From contig NW_003314300.1 in NCBI RefSeq assembly GCF_000143415.4, positions 1,471,014-1,535,013 of the forward strand: a stretch of 64,000 nt of DNA, written 5' to 3'. How positions within the stretch are numbered: position 1 is the stretch's first letter; each line of letters begins with the position of its first letter. A program made the position numbers and the translations under genes. Below the pieces are notes generated by a model. The model saw nothing but the letters and a program-made list of their open reading frames with translations. It did not search any database and was not told the origin of the DNA. Of this stretch, positions 1 to 14,684 are shown in pieces. The stretch comes from Selaginella moellendorffii (taxonomy: Eukaryota > Plantae > Lycopodiophyta).

Positions 1-540
1 TTATTTAGGGCCAAGATTGCAATATATCATCATTTTCCAACTAGGGATGCTCTTCTAACTAAGGTTCCTATTCAACGTCAATCACTGAAAGATATCAAAA
101 TTTTACATACAACATCAAGGACATGTTGGAGGAAGGGTGTTATTCAAAAGTCATAGAATTCTTGGGCATGTAAGCCTTATCTGTAACAAAGTTTGATAAG
201 AGTATTCAATTTTGCAACAACTATCATTTGTTAACAAAGTAATTATCCCAAATATGTATTCACTTCCTCACATTGCTAATCTCTTGAAGTATATTGGAAA
301 AAGTCATTAATTCACCAAATTAAATTTTACTTCCAGATGTTGATAGCCAAGGAAAATGTTCTCAAGATTCTTTTTCATACACTATTTGGTTTGTATGAGT
401 TCCTAGTGGTGTAATTTAGGTTGAACAATATTTCAATAACTTTGTAGTGAATGATAGATGGGGTTTTTTATGATATACCAAAGGTGACTATTGACTTTCT
501 TGATAATGTCTTAATCTACTCAGAGAAAACATGAAAGGAT
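1..540 (+). mobile_element. Highly degenerate Ty3/gypsy reverse transcriptase remnant
   Basis: Manual translation of ~240-540 gives YSLPHIANLLKYIGKSH*FTKL and FHTLFGLYEFLVV*FRLNN...FLDNVLIYSEKT, decayed RT motifs (YPLP.I, FGLYEF..MPFGL.NAP, YLDD). Similar sequence lies on the minus strand at ~42450-42740. Confidence 0.75.
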
Positions 541-2910
541 AAATTAATTTCTATTTTTTGTGATAAAGTAATTTGTGCAATAAATGAGATAATCCCATAT
601 AAATAATAAAATTTAAAATATCTTATATATATTAATAAGAGTAATATAAAATATACATAACTATGCTATATTAAGAAAAATAAAAAACATATGAAAATGT
701 ATCATACTTTAAACATAAATATTGTTTGCTTTATTATATCTATATCTTAACTTTGAAGAATGCCCCATTTTTTTGGCCTTTTAAAGGGTTGTGTTATATG
801 AGATCTACCTTTCACCTTAAAATCTTATTAATTCATATTACAAAATATAGTTATAGTTTAATGATAGTTAATTTAATAGTTGACATAATAGAAACAATAA
901 TAATACATGAATCTACTAAAATTGACTCCTTGATGCACTATTTATGTTCAACTGTTTCTCTCTAAGTATGATTTGAACTCTTAAGAAACTTATACTTTTA
1001 TAAAACAATTTACTTTAATTTTGAAAAATTCTTTTCCATTTTAGTCTTTCTTTTAAAATACTTAATAATAAATAGTTTATTATCCATTTTGGAATTTATT
1101 TTTGATTCTATGATATTAAAATGCAAACTCTACATTATCATCTGATTTCTGTAGGCTAAAAAAAAACTTTTATTCATCAATGAAGATTAAGAATGTACAA
1201 AGCTAGAGCAAGGACCCATAATTAGAAAGATATTGTTTCTAGAATTTTAAAATTGTTACATTCTTCATATAAGTTGCTGTAATAAGAGTTATTGTGTCTA
1301 TGTAGGAAAGATTAACTACTTGATAGGTTGTGAAGATGCTATGTCTCAAAAGAGGTTGATTATATTCATGACCTTGCCTCAGTGAAATAACCTACTCAAC
1401 TACTCAAGTCAAGGTAACTAAAGATCAAGAGCTTGGACTCACAAGCTAAGTTTGATAAAACTTCAAGGCTTATGGGTTATTGATTGATATACTACTAGAA
1501 AATCAAGAAAAATATAAATAAATAATATATTTTTTTTTAAATTAGTTTTTTAATTTGTAGTTTATTATAAAGGAGCAAAATTAACAAACTTTATAATTTA
1601 TTTGTAAGTAAATTTCAGTTAAGACTTGCTTAAATATTTTTCTCAAATTGATCTATAAAGTATTGTTATTTATAATATTAAATGTTATTATGTAAACCTT
1701 GTAAGTAGCAAAATATATATAGCTAAGATATTGACATATTCAAGTATTCTTATTTTGAGTATAAAAACTAATAAATAATGACATTTGGAATTCATTTTCT
1801 TAAGAAATCCAATCTATACTTATGTTAAGATTGTGTTTACTGCCTATAAATTATTGAAAATATCAGTTACTAACAACCATAGTCATTTAATGTATTTCAA
1901 GCTTCTGTATTTAATTTTTTTGTTTACTTACTGCTATGCACAACCTCAAATTAGATGGATTGAAGGGCTTGCCATTTTGGTAATTGACATATATTAGGAC
2001 ATATAGGTAAATTTAAAAATATAATTAATAATTTAGGTATTAATCAATTTTTTAGAGGTGATTTTGGATTTTACCTTCAAGATAATATTGTTGTCTATCA
2101 AAGCATTATAATAAAAAATTATGTAAATTTATTAATTTTCTCTTCCCCATAGTTTTATGTTTTCTGCTCATTATTTAAAGACTATTTATAGAAATTTTAC
2201 AACTTGTTAAAAATTAAATATCATACAAGTCTATATGGTGGAAGTGTAATTGGAATAGTGTTTAAATATTTTCAATAGCTTTAATGGTTTTGTAAAGAAA
2301 TATTTTAAAATATTATCCTTGCTTAAAATATCCAATATCTTTCAAATATATAAATTATATTGTTATTGATATAGATCAGATTTGATTTAATAGCCCATTA
2401 AATTTTCTTGAATTATATATAAAAAATGGTAATATAAGTGCTTAGAATATAGAAATAAGTATATTAATTGCTTACAAGAATGGATAAACCAGATTCAATC
2501 CCAAATAGATGGTCCATATGTTATAGTATTATAATTAGTGTATTACCTAGCTAGGGTAATATATATATATATACATATATGTATTTATGAACCTTACATC
2601 ATCCTCCCTTCTGGAAGATGAAAATGTGATGATAATAAGTCAAGTGGAACATTTGGAGCTTATGTTAGGCAATTATAAATTACTATAAGAATCTTAAGTT
2701 CCTACCAAACCACCAACAAAGTTGTTAATAACCATGACTAAAATAAAACCCAAAACTATGGTATAAACATCAGTCGACTACAGAATTTTGGTGAACTACT
2801 TGCAATTTCATATGCAACTCTCAAATACTTAACCCAACCATACAATCATAACTTTGAATCAAATTAAAGGACTTTGAGAGTCTATAGAGCAATATTGCAT
2901 CAAACAATAT

Positions 2911-3479
2911 TGTAAATTTTTGAATTTAGACTTTTAGAAAATCATTCAACTTAGTATTATTCAAACCTTAACACTTAACCCCCAATATCCCAAAACCCTA
3001 AACCAAACCTTTATGAATTGTTTCTCGAATCGTTTTCTTTAGTTACTTACAATCTACTATACTTTTTTGCAAGTTCACACTCTTGTGAATGAAAGTTAAG
3101 AGTTGTAATTCTTTTGATACCTTACCCCTTATATCGAGCTTATCGATACCAACCACCACCACTATATATCAATGGGTTGAGCCTAGCCAAACTAAACTAA
3201 ACCACTAGATATCAATCTCAACATGTGATGTGATTCCCTTAGCCAACTAACAAAGTCGGACTTAGGACACACTCTAATACTAAATATAAACTTTTAAATT
3301 TAAGCTTACTAGGAAGTCATCTAGTGTATTAGTATTCAAACTTAAGGACGCTTAACCCCAAGTACTTTAAAACTTTTAACCGATTGAACAAAAGGCTGCA
3401 CTTTTGTTCATGGGCCCTTTCCTTTTATATTTGAATTCCTATGAATTATCTTTCAAATCATTCTCTTTAGTTACTTACA
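2911..3479. mobile_element. Solo LTR (~570 bp)
   Basis: TGTAA...TTACA termini; flanks aatat/aatct (5-bp TSD, 1 mismatch). Both ends are reverse-complement homologues of the solo LTR at 43871-44483. Confidence 0.7.
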
Positions 3480-3701
3480 AATCTCTAAGTTTGCCTATCA
3501 ATGATCCTCCAAAACCATTATTAACTTAGACTTAGGACTATAAGTAGAATTATTGTCCTCATTTAACACTACACATAGAAGGTTAGACTCACTTTGTTCG
3601 TCCTCTATATCCTTTCTATCCCCTTCTTAAAGGAAAAAAATTCTGAAACACTGACTCTATTTAGACTTACTGTGTCTGTCCTCATTTTACCATTTATATT
3701 C

Positions 3702-4095
3702 NNNNNNNNNNNNNNNNNNNNNNNNNNNNNNNNNNNNNNNNNNNNNNNNNNNNNNNNNNNNNNNNNNNNNNNNNNNNNNNNNNNNNNNNNNNNNNNNNNN
3801 NNNNNNNNNNNNNNNNNNNNNNNNNNNNNNNNNNNNNNNNNNNNNNNNNNNNNNNNNNNNNNNNNNNNNNNNNNNNNNNNNNNNNNNNNNNNNNNNNNNN
3901 NNNNNNNNNNNNNNNNNNNNNNNNNNNNNNNNNNNNNNNNNNNNNNNNNNNNNNNNNNNNNNNNNNNNNNNNNNNNNNNNNNNNNNNNNNNNNNNNNNNN
4001 NNNNNNNNNNNNNNNNNNNNNNNNNNNNNNNNNNNNNNNNNNNNNNNNNNNNNNNNNNNNNNNNNNNNNNNNNNNNNNNNNNNNNNNNNNNNNNN
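3702..4095. other. Assembly gap
   Basis: Run of N. Confidence 1.
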
Positions 4096-5399
4096 AAAGC
4101 TCCCCTTTCCGTCGCACTAGCCTGTCTTTATATCATCTTACTCCACTATTGTATTAATTAGTCCTGACTCCATCATCGGGGCCACACTCCCATCCGTCCC
4201 CTCTACCCTCTCCTCCAATGAAAAAAAAGTTTGAAGTGTCAAAATAGAAAGGAAGAAACAAAAAAAGTTGAGGAAAAACAATTGTGGAAGAAAAAAAAAT
4301 GGATAAAGAAGCATCAAAAGTAGAATTTACAATAGCTGGCAATGCATAGATAGGGAAGTTAAAAGGACTGTGTGAAAAACTTGGAAAATAAAGAACTTTA
4401 TATGATAAAATATTTTGGCCACCACAATATAAATAAAAGATTCACACCGCTCAACCTTTTTAACACATAATTCACATTTGAGACAGGAAAATCAATAATA
4501 ACATCCACACACTCAAGAGAATACATAAACTCCTTAGTAACAATGATAAGGCAAAGGCTTTTAACAACATTCACAAGTGGGGACATATATTCAACTCAAA
4601 ACTTGGCTAAAGTGATTCAACCTTTAAAACAAGGGAATATTCAACACCAAAATTCATTAAAGACTCTATTAATAAAACAAAAGTAAGATTCTCAACTTTA
4701 TGTATACACTCAACATTTAAATTAGTATGAGGAGGACATAAAACACTCAACTCAACACTAAACTGAAAATGAGAATTATTAGAGTCATAAATGATCAATG
4801 TGTCAGGAGAAGAAAACATTACAAATAAGAAAGAAATACTAAGAACATGAAAATGTGGCTTAGGCCAAAAATTAAAAAAAGGTTGGGAAAGAGTAGAAAG
4901 TAAAGAAAATGGCTCAGATGGTAAATTAGAAGATTGACATCTACCTTATGAAATCTCTATTTCATCTCCAAAGCTATTTTTATAATAATCAAGCTCCTTA
5001 TCATAATGTAGAATCCATTTGAGCTCATAAACATTGTCTTCTCATAAACTTGATCCTTGAACATTCTTTAAGAATCAAACTACAGTATTCATAACTCACC
5101 AATCAATGTCATAATCACACTTTACATTAACTAAAGATGGCAAAATACCAAAAACAAAACAAGCAGTTTAATTATGTCTTACAGAGTTGGAGACAGCAAC
5201 ACACCAAGGATGGGTGCATCATTAATATGATCACACCCCCTAAAATTTTGATTCAACGGAGTAATATTAACAGCCTCAAGTGATATATTTCTTGATCAAT
5301 AACGGTGTGGTATGATAGAAGAAGAAAATGCAATATACTAATTATAGTACTATAGTATATAGACCATCTATTTAGGATTGAATTTGGTTTTGTATATAA

Positions 5400-5475
5400 G
5401 CAAGGGTCTAAACCTTAATTAATATGTTTATTCCTATATCCCGAACACTCATATTGGTGGAATTGAGGGGCACTA
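5400..5475 (+). mobile_element. Degenerate LTR 3' end plus tRNA-type primer binding site
   Basis: cactcata followed by t-TGGTGGAATTGAGGGG (5455-5470) mirrors the minus-strand cactcaca-t-TGGTGGAAGTGAGGGG junction at 44627-44651. Confidence 0.45.
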
Positions 5476-6532
5476 CAATTTATCCTTGAAAGGTAAAGTT
5501 TTTTGGTAATATTTTATTTGGGATTGTGTTTTTTGTTCTTATTTCTTCATTCTCTTTTAGATCTAGATCTATAGTAAATGGTTATTTTTTAATTTTTGGA
5601 TCATATATTATAAATGGTAATAGATTAATATCATCCAATAAAAGTATAGAGAAACTCTTAATACGTATATATATACATGTATTTAAAAACCTTATAGTAA
5701 TAGTTTGCTATCAGTAAAAGCAAAATTAGAGCAATATTAAATGATAGCTTAATTGTTGAGAATGTTTTTCTAAGGAGAAATTATTTGGTCAAAAAATTCT
5801 AAAAGGATTGGTCATTTATGTTTACTTCACCTTTAACTTGATGGTCATTTACTTATAAAAGATGATAGTTTGAATATAATATAGAAAAACAGTATATTTT
5901 TTAAGAAATGTGTTCTTTTTGCTCTTTTTACTATTGAAAATAATGTTCATTTAGTTATAATCTTATTTCAGAAATACTAAATTCATAATTTAGAGTAGCT
6001 TTGTTTTTTACTTTTATTTATTATACTAACGTTCTATAAATAATTACAAATATTTTATATTATTTTAATTAAAGTATTTTTCTTCTGAGATTTAAAATCT
6101 GGTTATGTGAGTGCATGGACGACCGGAACACAAGTCCACCGACAGCCACATTCCGGTTGGCTTGATATAAATAGTGTCTTTTGAAGAGAATTGAAGAGAA
6201 ATGGCCTTAGGAAGATGATTATATTCCTGAACTTTTGTTATCAAAGACGCAAGTGATAGTGTAAGCAAACATGCCAGAGGAAACCATAGAACATTATGGG
6301 TAGTTGTGAACTTACTGTGGCTGTAGGAAAGAGCAGGCAACTAAACCAAAACTGATTTTCTTGTAAGGATCTTGTTGAAAGAGTCTGGGATAGGCCAGAC
6401 CTCAAAGTTGTTTTATGTTTTTCTTTTTATGTTTTTTGATAAGTTTTACCATGAATGAAAACACAAGGAATGTTCTTATTGAGCAATACTCGTTGGAGGA
6501 ATAAATAGAAAAATAACTCACACTTTTCCTCG

Positions 6533-9244
6533 TCACCTCTTTGTGGGGCTGCATGTCAATGAGAACAATGCGGCGCCATGAGCCGGGACTGACGCTTCCA
6601 ACGCATCAGAAATCACTCCAATGTTCTTGTTGCTCCAAATATCCATCGCATCACACTCCCATCCATCACTCGACGATCCAGGCTTCGATCTCGTCCCATG
6701 GTTTACGAGATTCGCCACCGTGATGGCGATCTTTGCAGCCTTGGAACCAACGTTGAAGAGTCCCACGTAGTACTCTCCTGAGAGCAAGCAAGACAAACAA
6801 AGTTATTAGAAATCCAAGGCTTTCTCGCTACGCTTACCATCGCTTCCACGGGCAGACCACACGCGAGAGCTGTAGACTTGAGGATACACCGCCGCGCAGA
6901 GGCCAGTACTGCGACTGTGAAGCTTTCCATCCGGTGTAAGCTTCCATTTCTGTTAAAGCAAAGCATTTTTCGTACTTTAGCTTGCGGGAATGGAAGTAAG
7001 AAAAGCTCACCTCACTCCCGTGTTTGGGACACGAAGAGAAGCTGCTACTTATCAGAGAACCAAATGCCCGAGGGAGCTTCGCGTATGATTTGAGGCACAA
7101 GTTACCAAGCTCGGAGGAGAGATGGACGTGACCAGTTTTCCTACGAGCTTGGGATTAGTATACTGGGATGATTCCTTTCGATTGTTCTTCACCTTGAGTT
7201 TGTAGCGTTTGTCCAATCCAAGCAGCCTGTCATCAGCTCGCCGCTGCCATTCCGGAACTTGGGAACGGACCAGCACATTTTTTGGTCGACGAGAGACCAC
7301 CGAGTCTCGCCAGAATCGCTGCAAGATGATAGGCGTAGAACGGAGGGCACTTCATTGCCAGATACCGCTTCAGCACTGATCTACAGAGCATGAAAACATG
7401 AGCAACTTGCATAGCTTAGTATAGTTTTAAAAACTTTTAAAAAACCATACCTCCATGTTTCGAAAGCTGTGGCTGTTGATTCCAAGCATCACAGAGTTTG
7501 TGATGAGACTAAGAGTATCTTGGTCGATCTTCCGCAGATCCCCACCATAAATAAGCGGAGACTTGGCCATCGCCCATAGACTCATCTGATATCCAGGAAA
7601 CGTTACAAAGGAAAGAAGAAGAAAGAAAGAAAAACAACAGCACACATTTGACTAAAAAAACCTGTAGCTTTTCTTCGTCCGGAGTCAAGTTAGAATATCT
7701 GTGCGGTCCTCGTCGTACTCCTGGAATATAAAACTCTGAAACAAGATCCAAGAGAAAACATTCAAAACAATACCGGGATCAGTGATCCATCCGATCGGAA
7801 GCATGTCCAGATCCGGCCAGGACCGCCCTCCTTCCAATCCGGAAGCACCAATCAAACCGGCAGCTGCGAAGTCCCTACAGGCGCACTACAGGTTAGGGAT
7901 CTTAGTTGGCAGCACTGAACTTGGAAAGCTACCTTGCAACGTCGAAGTGAAGCTGGAGATCACCCCACGAATCCCAATCATCGCTCGTCACTCTGTACAT
8001 ATTCACAGCGCTCGCCACGCTCTTTCCCATCGAGGGAGTCGCTTTAACTCCTGGCGAGAGTGAATAGACGATGGCACGATTAGTAGCGGAGATGGCCTAC
8101 GTAAAAATCACGCAAAACCAACTTTGTTAACGTTTCTATGATCCAACACTTTGTTGGAAAGATTCTGGAGGAACTTACAGTTGACACGGCTTGGATCTCG
8201 TCCAAGCTAAGATCGTCCACTCCAAAAACGCAGTCGTGCTTTACTGCAAAACTGGAAAACTTCAATCTCGGACAAAGACAACGATAAAAACGCAAAAAAA
8301 AAAAAAAAACCAAAGAGCAAAGATAAAACTTACTGAAATGCACTCCCCAGGACGCGTATTGCTGATACAAAGAATCCAAAAACGCCTTGCCACCCACGCT
8401 CGAAGTGTCCACGCTCACGAAGCAATCCTTCATCCACGAGCATGGCCTGGACGGCAAAGCGATGTCTCTAGCTCGCCACCCCTTCGACAAAAACAAAAGC
8501 AAAGCACCAAAGAGAGGAAACAAAACAAGGAATATCAATGCCAGGACGAAGAAACAAAGGAGTTTTCACCCACCGGTGCACCAAGAACTGGAGTGTTTTG
8601 TTGCAAGGCCGCGGTGCTTATCCCTCTCATGACATGAATCCCGAATTTGAGACCCATGGCGTGAACTTTGGCCGCGATGGGGGCGAATCCTTTGCCTCCG
8701 GCCGTGGAAGGCCATCTCACAGGATCTGGAACAAGGCGGCCCCATTCATCGATGATATCATACCCTGGAGAGGACATGGATGCCCCCTTTACGTTCTTCC
8801 GGAACCACAGAAAATCTACTACCACGTACTGGCAAAGTCCGATCCTCAAGAACAAGAGAGAAAAGGAAGAAAGGAGAAAAGCTTTCCATACCTCGTAGCC
8901 AAATTGCTGGAGTGAATCGGCCACTACTTGGGCGTTTGCCAGGAATTCGTCCTCGGAGACAATCCAGGAGAAGGAATCGTAGGAATTCCAGCCGCGCGGT
9001 GGAGTGGAAGAGATTGTAGATTGAGCCGAGATCCCGCTCCATAGACTAGAAAATCGCAGGAACAAAAGAGAGACATGTCAGAGATGGCGCACAGGAAATT
9101 CCGCAAGAATTTGGCATGCGAGAGGCAATGCAGGCAGATCCTGAGCTCTAGAAAAGAAATCACAAGGATTGGGGAGTGAGCACACATTGCCGAATGTAGC
9201 AGGAGGGGGATCAAGACGATCATCGCGGCATCGGCAGCAGCCAT
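6533..9244 (-). CDS. Glycoside hydrolase family 27 (alpha-galactosidase / beta-L-arabinopyranosidase-like), multi-exon, with signal peptide
   Basis: Exons encode PPRGWNSYDSF, YVVVDFLW, DEWGRLVPDPVRWPS, VHAMGLKFGIHVMRGI, WGVHF|IKHDC, WPDLDMLPIGWITDPG and SLWAMAKSPLIYGGDLR. The N-terminus MAAADAAMIVLIPLLLHSA is hydrophobic. Introns are GT-AG. Confidence 0.9.
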
Positions 9245-9497
9245 CCAAGCGTTTCGCTCGATCCAACCCTATTGAAAACAAAAGAGCACTGCTTATATCT
9301 TGGGGAAAGCCCCCATATTCCTCTAACACCTTCAAATTAACATTAGGAGGTAACGTAAACATATTATATTATTATAAATAATATAATATAGTATAGTAAG
9401 TTTTTAAGTATAATTTTATTTAAAAGAAACCATAAAAGGAAGCATAAAAGTAAGGAACCATAAAAAAGGGTTTACAAGTTTTCTTTTCTCTGTTGGG

Positions 9498-10368
9498 ATG
9501 TTTGCCCCTATAATGAGGTTTGTAAAGTTGAGTAGTTTTCCTATTCTAGAACAATTGCGGCTGGAAGCTAATGTATTTCGCAAAAGCCATGAGAACTGGT
9601 GCATTGTTAGTAGCAATGGCACAATTGATCCAACCATTGTTGTTGGGAGATTTGGGTAAGTTTTAAATTTAATTGATTCAGTTGGTACCGAATGGAAGTT
9701 CAATATAGAGAAGTGTCAAAGCTTGTGGACATGGATGCATCCTTTAAGGACAATATCTCTGTTGTGAGGAGGGCCAGTGGTGGTGGAACTGTCATTGTGG
9801 ATAGAGATACTATGTTTGTAACTTTGGTTTGCTCCTCAAGCTTTGTGAAGCCTTTGGCTATGACTTGCTGGGCTTCTAAATTATATACAGATGTATTTAG
9901 AGATGTAACAGGCTTTCAGATGGATGGTTTCTTTGGTGAGTAATTTAATTATCTTAATCCTAATGGTATTTGTTTCTTTTATAGATCATGTTAAAGATGG
10001 TAAGAAATTTGGAGGCTCGGCAGAAAGGCGTGCATGTAATCGTGGCTTTCTTCATACATCGTTTCTTTGGGATTATAATCCTGCAAATATGAATTATCTA
10101 AAATTTCCTCCAAGGGTTCCAGCATATCGGCTTGTAAGTAACTTTGTTTTAGAATTTTGAGTATTTATTCATGCATTGCGTACATCAGAATAGGTCACAT
10201 GGAGATTTTTTATGCAAAATGAAAGACTTTCTCCCATACAGAAATTTTATGCTGGAAGAGCTGGAAAGAAGTTTGGGGAATTATTTTGTTTTACAACCTA
10301 GTACACTTGAAGATTTACAAAACATCGAAAGAGACCCAGAAGATTGTACTGATATTATATCACTTTAG
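9498..10368 (+). CDS. LPLA: Lipoate-protein ligase A-like protein (4 exons)
   Basis: Motifs PILEQLRLE, ENWCIV, VVRRASGGGTVIVD, GKKFGGSA, HTSFLWDY, PAYRL|NRSHGDFLC, joined by short GT-AG introns. Confidence 0.8.
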
Positions 10369-10731
10369 TGTTATATATTTCCAACATTGGACATTACTAA
10401 TATTAATTTAAAATTTTGATAAAAGGTTTGAATGTTCTTCTATAAAGAAGAAAACCAGAGAATGCCACATGTTGCCATAAAATCAAAGACAAGTGCTGGT
10501 GTTGGCATTGACACGCACAATAGAGTACCATTTTGCGATTCATGCGTGTCATCCTTCTGCAGAGATCATAACAAAGGAATCTATACACCCCAAATACAAG
10601 TTGGCAGCTGTGTTACTAACAACACTAAGGGCAAACAAATAATCAAAAATTTCTACGAAGCTTTAAATCTTTAATTCCAACCAGAAACTCTTATTAAAAT
10701 GATCATTTTTATGTTACAACAATGTACTAGC

Positions 10732-11632
<901 letters not shown>

Positions 11633-11844
11633 ATCTCTAGAACCCTAAAATTCCACGCATATTCTAATCTTTAACCTTTAAGGTTACCTTTAAGTTTTAA
11701 CGCAAGAATTACACTTATCTGTGAATGGAGGAAAAGGCTATCGCTCCTTTCACTTCCCGGCGGTATAGTCGCAGCCTCGAGGATGGAGCGAGTAGCGAAA
11801 TCCTCTTCTCTATTTTTTTTCGGTTGTCGCGATTATCTCTTCAC

Positions 11845-13556
11845 TCACGCGCTACTGTCCGTGGATGTGCTCAAGGACGTCGAGTTCCAGTTCCAGAGAG
11901 CTTGCTCGCCCTCTCCACACCGGCTGTGAACTTCGTGAATCCTCTCGGCTGACTTGCAAATCCCACTGCAAGACCAGTCGAACGACGCGACGCACGCATT
12001 CCCTGCCTGTGCCTTCCACTCGCAATCTGGAAGAAAGGAAAGTTCGTTCTAATCTTGTTCCAAGGAGAAGATCTGCGTACCTGGCGGTGTCCCGCAGCAC
12101 ATTGTTCTATCATCGATGTGTTCTACATCCAGGCCGATAAACCAAGCCCCGAGTGAAACGTCCTCATTCGCATACTTGTGCAAAATTGGCCTAGCATAGA
12201 CAAATCGTAAGGAAACAATACGAAGGAAAGAAAAATAGGAGTTTCTCTTACTCGTTGGCTGAAATGTACGTTGCCAAATCCTTGGAGATTACATACAACT
12301 GACCGGTTGCGTGTCTGAAGTAGCGATTTCCTTGCTCTCCAAACTTCCAATACTCTGGTTCGTGGTAGCGGACTCCTCTGATCGAATGCCATTTGTACGT
12401 TAGAAATACGAGCCTCAGTAGCTTACTTTTGAGCCAGTACTGGACCAGACTTCATGCAACCGATGTAGATCCGATGTTTCGCTTGTTGCCGGGCTAAATT
12501 TGTTGCCAAAGCCCCTGTCAAAGTGAAGAAAGGTAAACAACTTACTATAGTCGCAGGCAATTGTTCACCCACCTAAGTTTACATGAACATCGTCATCTAC
12601 TTTGACGTAAAAGTCGGCATCCCATTTTGCCACAGCTGTGGAAAAGTAGATTTTGGTTTTGGCAGACAACTCGAGATAGCCTTCAACATGGTCCTACAGA
12701 ACGAAATTATAAGTAAACGTCTCACCATGGAGCAAATTTACCAGTCTCAAGAAATCGTTATGCTGCGTATTTTCAGCATCAATAGCTCTGTCTAAGATAC
12801 CTCCAGGAGTTGCACTATCAAGATAGAAAGCATGAACTTCGTTTCAAAAGGTAACGCAGTCATACCTGTGTCCTATGACAAACCGCACGACAATTCCCTT
12901 TTCGTCTTCGAGTTCCTTGAGCTTCTCTCCTGTAAAATGACGTATTAGACTTTGGAGACGAGAACGTTTTGTTTACCTCTTGGCATCCACGTTTCGCGAA
13001 CAGAATCTCTTCGCTTCCTGCTGCTGAATGCCGTGTTTATCCCAACCACAACGAAAGCTTTTTTCCGTTCCTCCGGCAACGCTTTCTCGGCGTTCTTCAG
13101 GAACGCAGCCGAAGACTTCTCACGCGATTGGGCATTGAGACCAGACTCCCAAGTTGCAAGCGTTCTGAAAGTTTGCAACGTCACGAAACAGCATATACAC
13201 AAGCCAAAAACACAAACCCAGGGCGATGATGGTCATCCATGATAATATCATGCTCATGTACATGCTTCTGCGGAAAAGGAGTTAAAAGCGGAGAGGACAA
13301 AAGGCAAAGCTTAACTTACATGCTTTTTTTCACAGTCATAGTCATCGTCATCACCATGGTATTGCAATTTCAGCGCTTCTTTTCCCTCCTCCACAAACCA
13401 CATCCTGCGAGAAAGAAGAAAACTAAAGCCAAAAGTTCCACAAAAAATGAGAAAAAGAGTAAACCTGTTGGTGAAGAGCAGGCCGACGCAAAAACTTAAC
13501 ATGCACAAAACCAGCACCCATCGCGTCGCCAATCCGCCAGCGCCTCTCCCCCGCAT
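11845..13556 (-). CDS. B3GALT: GT31 beta-1,3-galactosyltransferase (type II membrane protein)
   Basis: N-terminal TM segment ([16 protein letters not shown]), [83 protein letters not shown]. Confidence 0.93.
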
Positions 13557-13565
13557 TTCTTCCGA

Positions 13566-13697
13566 TCAAGAACCCGGCATTTGGACGAAACCTTACATCC
13601 AATGCCGACGAATCGCTGAAATGCCGGCTACAAATCCATAATCTCAGGCCAGAGATCGAGAGATCTAGGAGCGCTACATACCTCCCCAGCGAGTCAT
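13566..13697 (-). promoter_or_regulatory. Candidate upstream ORFs in the 5' UTR of the GT31 gene
   Basis: ATG at 13697 plus a GT-AG intron (13681-13616) gives MTRWGAIRRHWM* ending at 13593. A second mini-uORF MPGS* lies at 13580-13566, just before the main ATG at 13556. Confidence 0.4.
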
Positions 13698-14591
13698 AGA
13701 GCGCCTTGCGCTCCGAGATGAAGAAGCCCTAAGTCTGCGCAGCAATAGAAAAGTCTCCTCTCTTTCTTCCACGAGCAAAACTAAAGGCCCACTAGCATAA
13801 AAAGTAAAATTTCCGCTAAGCAATTCATATTGACGGGGATGGAAAACGTGGCGCCTGATCCAACGGTGGGATGGAGCTCCCTAGCATAAAGCAGGGTAAA
13901 TCGTCTGCCATGAACTCCACTTGATGTTGCATATTCGTGATAGGGAAAGACTTGTTTTTGTCAATGAAGATGCTTTCTTTGCAAACGACATGTCCCTCAC
14001 AAATCTTATCATCCAGATGTATAGCCACTTTGCTGAAATGGATTCGGTTGCGGTGTTCCAATTGATCCCCAAGCGCAATGGACTATCTTGCTCGAGGCAT
14101 TCGCCCAGAATGGGGATTTCGAGGAGGTGCTGGGGATCTTAACAATTTTGCTAAAGCTCAGAAAAAGAACACCAATATGATGCATCCATTGTTGAAGCAA
14201 TCAATTTACAAAGTCATATGAATATGCAAGAGGGATTGATAGAGATTGGGTTAGACGAGGAGATCATAATCACTCTTGAGATTGAGGAAACAAGATCCAT
14301 ACCAGGTAATATCATTTTAATAAAGTTTCTAATACTAATATTCATTTTTGTTCTTCAGTCTTTAAAATAATTGTGGAGGATTCCTCTTATTATCTGAGAA
14401 AGATTGTTGCAATTATTGGGAACCATTCAAATTTAGGCAGTGGGACCTTAATGGATTGCTTTTAAACCTGAAGCTTTTATCTTGCAAATTTGTGGGAATG
14501 TTTGCATAGCAAAATTGAGAAAAGTTTCTTTAGCCCCTAGCAAGTGATATTATGGTATATTGACCAAGATATATTTCTCTATTGATCAAGG

Positions 14592-14684
14592 TGGGGGACA
14601 TTTGAAACGGCCAAAGATATGGCTTTAGCATATGACATCATGGCTCAATCTATGCATGGTGCCAAAGTGCACACAAATTTTTAG
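14592..14684 (+). pseudogene. AP2/ERF DNA-binding domain fragment (C-terminal half)
   Basis: Translates as WGTFETAKDMALAYDIMAQSMHGAKVHTNF*, matching the AP2 consensus WLGTFxTAEEAAxAYDxAAxxxxGxxAxxNF. No N-terminal half is visible. Confidence 0.7.

Noticed and set aside
3594-4157. Long ORFs spanning N runs (also 16158-16912)
   Set aside because: Artefacts of assembly gaps.
4150-5300. Coding-like minus-strand sequence
   Set aside because: Many stops and no recognisable motif; probably decayed TE but cannot be supported.
13825-14330. Short ORFs with moderate GC
   Set aside because: No recognisable domain or consistent spliced model.
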